Positions 58,374 through 64,000 of a DNA stretch of 64,000 bases are shown one piece after another. Position 1 is the first letter of the stretch. Every line of letters starts with the position of its first letter. Both the position numbers and the translations under genes were made by a program. The DNA comes from Truepera sp. (GTDB lineage: Bacteria > Deinococcota > Deinococci > Deinococcales > Trueperaceae). The DNA is taken from NCBI GenBank assembly GCA_965218435.1, contig CBDCKW010000009.1, forward strand, positions 640,001 through 704,000, written 5' to 3'. The notes under the pieces were generated by a model. The model was not told where the DNA came from. It did no database searches and saw only the letters and a program-made list of their open reading frames with translations.

Positions 58374-60013
58374 GTGGTTGCGGCTTCCAAAGCTGTGACA
58401 CCTTTTTGCGAAAGGGTGTAGCGGCGGCCCCGCAGCCCCCGCCTCAGCCCCAAATACCCGCGCCTCAAAAACCAGTCGGCACGTTCGCCTGCCTCGGTCT
58501 GCCGCCGGGGTCGCCGGAACTGCGCTAGAGTCTCGAGCCCTGTCCGGGTTAGATACGGTTCGGGTTGGCAAACGTCGCAACCGCACACGCCTGTACTCGC
58601 CAGGTCACCAAAGTAACCGAGCAGCGTTTTACGGCGGCAGCTGTTCAGTTCGGCGTAACGGATCATCTCCTGGAGAAGTCGGCTGCGCCGCTCGTTGTAA
58701 CGCGTCGTCCAGGCACTTTGAAAGTCAGGTGCTGACCGGGTAAAAGGCAGCGTCAACGTAAGCGTGATTCGGTTCTCACGGCTGAGGCTGACGATTTCCT
58801 GCTCTTCTAACAGCTGCACCGTGCCGATCAGCTTACCCCGGTTGAGGCCGAACCACTCCGCCAATTTTTTTACGGCGACCCCTTCAGGGTGCGTGTTGCG
58901 GAGCCCGACGTAAACCCTTTTGAGCTCGAGTAAGGTGGGGCTCGAGGCGCGCATTAGCCCCTCTTGCCGTTCGCTGTCCCCCGGCGCGTAGAGGAGCGTA
59001 CAGGTCGCCCGCTGCCCGCCACGGCCCGCACGTCCGGCTTCTTGGTAGTACGCCTCGAGCGACGCGGGCAATTCTAAATGAATCACTTGATCTACGTCCG
59101 CTTTGTCAACGCCCATCCCAAAGGCGTTGGTCGCTACGATCACACGCACACGGCCCGCTAAAAAATCGTCTTGCACGGCGTTTCGGGTCGCCGCGCCGAG
59201 TCCGGCGTGATAGGCCGCACTGTTTATGCCCCATTCTAAAAGCTGCCGAACGGTCGTTTCGGTACGTTCACGGGTACCAGCGTAAATGAGGCACGGACCG
59301 GGAGTACGCACGAGCAGCGTCTGAAGCGCCTCGTTACGCGCAGTTTCGTCCGGTACCGGCCACACCCGGTAGCGTAAATTAGGCCGATCAAACCCGGTCA
59401 GCACCCGTACCGGACCCCGCAGCCTCAGTAGCTGCACGATATCTTCTTGCACGGCGGCCGTCGCAGTCGCGGTGAGTGCCGTCACCGGGGGATTGCCGAG
59501 CAGCTCACGGACGCGCCCGAGTTGCCGGTAGTCGGGGCGAAAATCGTGGCCCCAGCTCGAGATACAGTGCGCTTCGTCTACCACTAAGCGAGCGACTCCG
59601 GCGCGGCAGAGCGCGTGCTGCACCCCTTTATTCCCCAAGCGTTCGGGGGCGAGGTAGAGGAGACGTAAGTCGCCGAGCTGCGCTAAAAGTCGCGTTTGTT
59701 CAGGGTACGTGAGTTGACTGCTCAGCGCCGCCGCCCTGACGCCGCGCCTTAGCAGCGTCTCAACCTGGTCTTTCATCAGGGCGATCAAGGGGCTGACCAC
59801 AACCGTCAGACCGTCCGCCCTTAATGCCGGCAGCTGATAACAGAGCGATTTGCCTGCGCCGGTCGGCATCACCGCCAAAACGTCGCGCCCGCTCAGCACC
59901 GCTTGGATAATTTCTTCCTGACCAGGACGAAACGCGCTCACCCCAAAACGCTTGAGCAGCGTTTCGGCGTCAGGCTGATGGGATGTTTGTGCGGCTTTTG
60001 GCGGCGTCGGCAC
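58370..60013 (-). CDS. recQ: RecQ-family ATP-dependent DNA helicase
   Basis: PTGAGKS, DEAHC, WGHDFRP, QEAGRAGR, Zn-binding CRR...CGCDVC; no HRDC recognised. Confidence 0.9.
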   Translation of the reverse strand: MPTPPKAAQTSHQPDAETLLKRFGVSAFRPGQEEIIQAVLSGRDVLAVMPTGAGKSLCYQLPALRADGLTVVVSPLIALMKDQVETLLRRGVRAAALSSQLTYPEQTRLLAQLGDLRLLYLAPERLGNKGVQHALCRAGVARLVVDEAHCISSWGHDFRPDYRQLGRVRELLGNPPVTALTATATAAVQEDIVQLLRLRGPVRVLTGFDRPNLRYRVWPVPDETARNEALQTLLVRTPGPCLIYAGTRERTETTVRQLLEWGINSAAYHAGLGAATRNAVQDDFLAGRVRVIVATNAFGMGVDKADVDQVIHLELPASLEAYYQEAGRAGRGGQRATCTLLYAPGDSERQEGLMRASSPTLLELKRVYVGLRNTHPEGVAVKKLAEWFGLNRGKLIGTVQLLEEQEIVSLSRENRITLTLTLPFTRSAPDFQSAWTTRYNERRSRLLQEMIRYAELNSCRRKTLLGYFGDLASTGVCGCDVCQPEPYLTRTGLETLAQFRRPRRQTEAGERADWFLRRGYLGLRRGLRGRRYTLSQKGVTALEAATT

Positions 60014-60102
60014 GGTTTAGTTTAGCAGTCCCTTAGCGGGTGACCCCAAGCGGTTACCTCACGTTTGGGCATGATTGAGCCGGCTCCAACAACCTGCTGG
60101 GT

Positions 60103-61218
60103 CTAAGGTAATGAGGCGGTGCGCTCGAGGTACGGCAGCGGGTCAACGGCCTGACCATTGATCCGGATTTCAAAGTGCAGGTGTGAACCCGTCGAGCGGC
60201 CCGTCGAACCGACTTTAGCGATCACGTCACCCGCCGCAACCTGCTGACCTACCTGGGTAAGGAGTTCCGAAGCGTGACCGTAGTAGTATTCAACTCCGCC
60301 CGACTCGATCACCGTCAGGTAGCCGTAGCCGCCCTGCCACCCGCTATAGGTCACGGTACCGGGCATCGCGGCAATGATCGGGTCGCCGGTCTCGCCGTCA
60401 ATATCTATCCCGTAATGGTAGGTCATCCCGAGGAGGGCCCTAGGGCCAAAATATGAGGTGATTTCACCGTTAAGTGGCCAGATAATGTGCGTCGTAGCGG
60501 CGCGGCTCGAGGCCGGGGGCAGCCTGAGCGTCGCACCGGCACTCAGCGTATCGCCGTCTAACCCGTTCAGCTCTTTGAGCGCCTCGACGCTCGTGCCGTG
60601 CCGTAAGGCGATAGCGGAGAGCGAATCACCTGACTCGATAGTGATGCTCGGCTCTGCGCCACCCCCTAAGTCACCCGGTGCGGCGTCGGCTTGTACACTG
60701 GGGATCGTCAGGGTTTCACCGACGGTCAGCAGCTCATCTGAGCGTAGGCCGTTCGCGCTGCTGAGCGCCCCGACCGGGACGCCGTAACGCTGTGACAGAG
60801 ACCAGAGCGAATCGCCGGGTTCGACGGTCACGTTAAGTGGTACTGCCGGGGTTGTGGGGGTCGGGCCGCCTAACACCAGCTTTTGTCCGATCACGAGCGT
60901 TGTATCCGAGAGGCTGTTAAGCGCCATCAGCTCTTCGACTGGAACTCCCGTTTCCTGGGCGATGGCTGAGAGCGTATCGCCGGGCTCGACCGTATAGGTG
61001 TCGCCTTTAGGAATAATCAGCGTGGCACCTGCTAACAGATCGGTGCCGGTCAGCATATTCGCCGCTAAAATTGCCTCGACGGTAGTGCCGTAGCGACTAG
61101 CTACAGCGGTCAGGGTGTCACCCGGCTCGACTGTATAGGTCTCTTGGGCGGCGGCTAAAGGCAGAGTCAGCAGCAGTACCGCCGAGATAGCAGAAACAAA
61201 GACGCGTGACCAAGACAT
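60103..61218 (-). CDS. LysM (x4) + M23 peptidase
   Basis: Four V(E)PGD(T/S)L-type LysM repeats; HYGID and HLHFE M23 motifs; signal peptide. Confidence 0.93.
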   Translation of the reverse strand: MSWSRVFVSAISAVLLLTLPLAAAQETYTVEPGDTLTAVASRYGTTVEAILAANMLTGTDLLAGATLIIPKGDTYTVEPGDTLSAIAQETGVPVEELMALNSLSDTTLVIGQKLVLGGPTPTTPAVPLNVTVEPGDSLWSLSQRYGVPVGALSSANGLRSDELLTVGETLTIPSVQADAAPGDLGGGAEPSITIESGDSLSAIALRHGTSVEALKELNGLDGDTLSAGATLRLPPASSRAATTHIIWPLNGEITSYFGPRALLGMTYHYGIDIDGETGDPIIAAMPGTVTYSGWQGGYGYLTVIESGGVEYYYGHASELLTQVGQQVAAGDVIAKVGSTGRSTGSHLHFEIRINGQAVDPLPYLERTASLP

Positions 61219-61454
61219 CGGGAGCAGTGTAACAGAAATGTTTAGCGCGTGTGAAGACACTTACACCTCGTACTCACATGACTTATGCACTGTGAAGCTG
61301 CTCGAGTCGTTCCAAAGCCCGTGCTGAACGCCGCAGACGCGGTTTTAGGTACCCCGGAGCTCCTAAAATCAGCTCAGTTGAAACCCAATACGGCCAGCGT
61401 TCTTGGCGATATGCCACAAACTTAGAAGCTGTGACGCGTTTCGTTCTCTGTCTT

Positions 61455-62324
61455 TTATTCCTGTTCAAGTCCTCCATCGAGGGTCAAGAGGCGGTGGTAA
61501 AGTTCGGGGCGGCGGTCACGAAAAAAGCCGAAGCCGGCCCGAAAGCGCCTTGCTGCGGCAAAATCCAGCTCAGCGTAGATGACAGTCTCCGAAGTCTCGT
61601 CGGCCTCGGCCACTTTGGACCCGGTGTAGTCGCAGATAAACGACGACCCGTAAAAGCGGGCGTCACCCTCTCGCCCGACCCGGTTCGCTGCCGCGACGTA
61701 GACGCTGTTCGAGACAGCGTGTCCGAGCATCGCCCGTTGCCACATGTCGCGGGTTTCTAAGCCGCCGACCTCTTGGGGTTCAGAGCCGATGGCGGTGGGG
61801 TAAAGCAGTAAGTTTGCACCTTGTAAGGCCATCGCCCGCGCCGCCTCGGGAAACCACTGATCCCAGCAGATGGCCGCGCCGACGTTGCCAAACTGCGTCT
61901 CCCACGCCTTAAAGCCGGTGTCGCCAACGTTAAAGTAAAATTTCTCTTCATAACCGGGGCCGTCGGGGATGTGGGATTTGCGGTAGGTGCCGAGCGCCGT
62001 ACCGCCCGCGTCAAACATTCTGAGGCTGTTAAAGTACGCTTGCCCCGCCGACTCAAAAAACGATACGGGTAAGACGACGCAGAGTTCGGCGGCAAGGTTG
62101 CCGAAACGTTCTAAAAAAGGGTGAGAATCCGCCGGGTGCGCGAGTTCGAACAGTTCGTCGCGCTCGAGCTGCGGAAAATACAGGTTTTCGAAAAGCTCTT
62201 GCAACAAGACGATGTTGGCCCCGGCTCCGGCGGCCTCCCGGACAAAATGCTCGGCTTTGTCTAAGTTTTCCTCTAAAACGTCCGAACAGCTCATCTGAAC
62301 GACAGCGAGTTTAACGGTGGACAT
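61455..62324 (-). CDS. aguB: N-carbamoylputrescine amidase
   Basis: QELF, YRKSHIPDGPGYEEKFYF, ICWDQWFPE, PTAIGSEP. Confidence 0.93.
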   Translation of the reverse strand: MSTVKLAVVQMSCSDVLEENLDKAEHFVREAAGAGANIVLLQELFENLYFPQLERDELFELAHPADSHPFLERFGNLAAELCVVLPVSFFESAGQAYFNSLRMFDAGGTALGTYRKSHIPDGPGYEEKFYFNVGDTGFKAWETQFGNVGAAICWDQWFPEAARAMALQGANLLLYPTAIGSEPQEVGGLETRDMWQRAMLGHAVSNSVYVAAANRVGREGDARFYGSSFICDYTGSKVAEADETSETVIYAELDFAAARRFRAGFGFFRDRRPELYHRLLTLDGGLEQE

Positions 62325-62337
62325 AATCAGGTTCCTT

Positions 62338-62865
62338 TTAACGGTGAAGATGGGCAGCGATAGCGGCGGCTGTCTCTTGCGGTGGGGTGTCAGTCGTATC
62401 TAGCTGCAAGCTCGGCAGGTCGGGATAAGGCGTAAAGAGATCGTAAGTCTCGAGCAGTTCATTTAAGAAACCGGTATCTAAGATTGTGCCCTTAGCGCAC
62501 CTCGAGTCCAAGCCCACGCGTTCGTTAAGTTTTTTACGGCTGCAGGTGAGCTGGACGAGCAGTGTTCTGGCACCGTATTTTTCGACGGCTTCTAACATCC
62601 ACTGTATTTCTGGGTTGTCCTGCGGATAAGCGTAGACGTAGGTGAAGATGAGGGAGACGTTTTCTCGAGCAGCCTCTTCAAAAACGAGCTGTCTGATAGA
62701 CTTACCGACGTGCCCGAACGACGGCGTACCTCGGGGGAAAACCGTTTCAACCAGATCAATACTCAGATGGTTGTGAAAAACCTTAAAACCGGTCAAACGA
62801 GCAAGCTCTTTTGCTACGGTCAACTTACCCACCGCGGGCGGCCCATAGAGCAAAACGAACGTCAT
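62338..62865 (-). CDS. P-loop nucleotide-kinase-like (AAA_33) protein
   Basis: YGPPAVGKLT Walker A. Confidence 0.8.
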   Translation of the reverse strand: MTFVLLYGPPAVGKLTVAKELARLTGFKVFHNHLSIDLVETVFPRGTPSFGHVGKSIRQLVFEEAARENVSLIFTYVYAYPQDNPEIQWMLEAVEKYGARTLLVQLTCSRKKLNERVGLDSRCAKGTILDTGFLNELLETYDLFTPYPDLPSLQLDTTDTPPQETAAAIAAHLHR

Positions 62866-63935
62866 GGAGCTAGTGGTTCCCCAACGGGTTGTTGCTGCGT
62901 AACACAGTGAAACGACCCGCCCCCGGTAATCAGCGCCTTTGATGAGAGCCCAATCACCTCACGGCCTGGGAAAAGCGGCGCTAGAATCTCTAAAGCCCTT
63001 CCGTCGTTCTCATCACCGTACTGCGGTAAGATGACAAAGCCGTTACCGATATAAAAGTTCGCGTAGGTTGGGGGCAAACGTACCCCCTGAAACTCGAGCC
63101 TTGTTTTCGGTAAGGGCAGTTTCACAACGTTATATGGGTTCCCGTTATGGTCACGTAAGCTCTGAAGCTGAATCGAATTACGCTGCATGGGGCTGAAGTT
63201 GGCATCTAGTTTGTCTTCAGTGACGGAACAAACGATGGTCTGGTCATCAGTAAAGCGGACGATAGTGTCAATATGGCCGTCGGTGTGGTCGCCCTCGAGC
63301 CCTCCCGCCAACCACGCGACATGCTTGAGACCTAAGTTTGCCCGTAAAATCTCTTCCAAGTTCGTCTCGCCTAGACCGGGGTTGCGCCGCTGCGATAGTA
63401 AACAGCTCCGGGTCGTTAAACAAACGCCGCGCCCGTTCAGCTCTAACGAGCCGCCTTCCATAATGACCGGCACCGTAAACCGCTTCATCGAAAGTCTTTT
63501 GGCGACGGCTTCGGGCGCGCGGTCGTCGTCGTCCCAGGGCGCGTACTTTTCACCCCAGGCGTTAAAGCCCCAATCGGTCAGCGCGACTTGGCCTGCTGTG
63601 TTTTTCACGAATAACGGCCCGTTGTCCCGAAACCAGACGTCGTTTAAGGGAATGCGGTTAAAGGTGATGTTTTCCAAGGGCGCGTGTTGGACTTTCAACC
63701 TCACTCTCGCGTCCGCTTCGGTTTCCCCGTCCCGAACGTTGAGCACCACCGGCTCAAAGCGGGCGATGGTCGCAACGAGCGCCGCGAACTCGTCCCGGAC
63801 GGCCTCGAGTTGTCCTTCCCAGAGCGCGTCGTCAAAAGGCCAGCTCGTCCAGGTAGCGGCGTGCGGCGTCCACTCGGGAGGCATGGCAAAGCCCAGCTCG
63901 AGCGGGGTAGGGGCTTCGGTGGTCGAGTCAGTCAT
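62862..63935 (-). CDS. aguA: Agmatine deiminase
   Basis: MPPEW, WFRDNGP, EGG, DHTDGHID, GGGSFHCVTQQ; RBS AGGAGA before ATG 63935. Confidence 0.94.
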   Translation of the reverse strand: MTDSTTEAPTPLELGFAMPPEWTPHAATWTSWPFDDALWEGQLEAVRDEFAALVATIARFEPVVLNVRDGETEADARVRLKVQHAPLENITFNRIPLNDVWFRDNGPLFVKNTAGQVALTDWGFNAWGEKYAPWDDDDRAPEAVAKRLSMKRFTVPVIMEGGSLELNGRGVCLTTRSCLLSQRRNPGLGETNLEEILRANLGLKHVAWLAGGLEGDHTDGHIDTIVRFTDDQTIVCSVTEDKLDANFSPMQRNSIQLQSLRDHNGNPYNVVKLPLPKTRLEFQGVRLPPTYANFYIGNGFVILPQYGDENDGRALEILAPLFPGREVIGLSSKALITGGGSFHCVTQQQPVGEPLAP

Positions 63936-64000
63936 CGTTTCTCCTGCAACGTTTGCCAAGTCCACAGCGTTTTCATGAAGTAATCTCTATGTGTCCCTGA

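Noticed and set aside
60014..60102. Deinococcal RDRM (DdrO) box upstream of recQ
   Set aside because: No convincing palindromic match seen
61283..61477. 64-aa ORF between aguB and the LysM/M23 gene
   Set aside because: Overlaps the aguB end, no family features; cannot be supported
1..64000. CRISPR array, tRNA, rRNA, recognisable riboswitch
   Set aside because: No regularly spaced repeat-spacer units, cloverleaf/T-loop signatures or rRNA-like stretches seen by eye; a covariance-model search would be needed to exclude small RNAs

Overview
GC-rich bacterial chromosomal segment, most likely Deinococcota (Truepera-like). This is inferred from the Thermus/Deinococcus-type V/A-ATPase operon order, widespread leaderless TANNNT-N5-7-start promoters and the lipoprotein style. 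Housekeeping content: nucleoside ABC permeases/ATPase, deoD-hbd-crotonase, a Ser/Thr kinase-NHL protein, a complete V-type ATP synthase operon, an Aap-type amino-acid ABC system, rimO, tatA, folC, mgtE, recQ, a LysM/M23 peptidase and aguA/aguB. Accessory or odd elements: (1) an AT-rich, translationally coupled three-gene cassette (HEPN-motif protein + SAM-methyltransferase-fold protein + C5 DNA methyltransferase, no recognisable REase), the best candidate for an undescribed defence/TA system; (2) a second standalone AT-rich HEPN-like gene; (3) a BrnT/BrnA-type TA pair; (4) a 563-bp IS200 (tnpA only) inserted cleanly 3' of TTGAT inside a GrpB-family gene; (5) strong over-representation of the palindrome CTCGAG, often GCTCGAGC (HIP-like); (6) a nanE/DUF4127 sugar operon with two ATA-for-ATG starts and an internal deletion; (7) an AapQ permease with a ~245-aa insert carrying DxNGxG motifs; (8) a V-ATPase B subunit with a KDT-repeat N-terminal extension; (9) a gene frameshifted by a 5-bp duplication. 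No tRNA, rRNA or CRISPR array was seen. All family calls come from motif recognition, not database searches.
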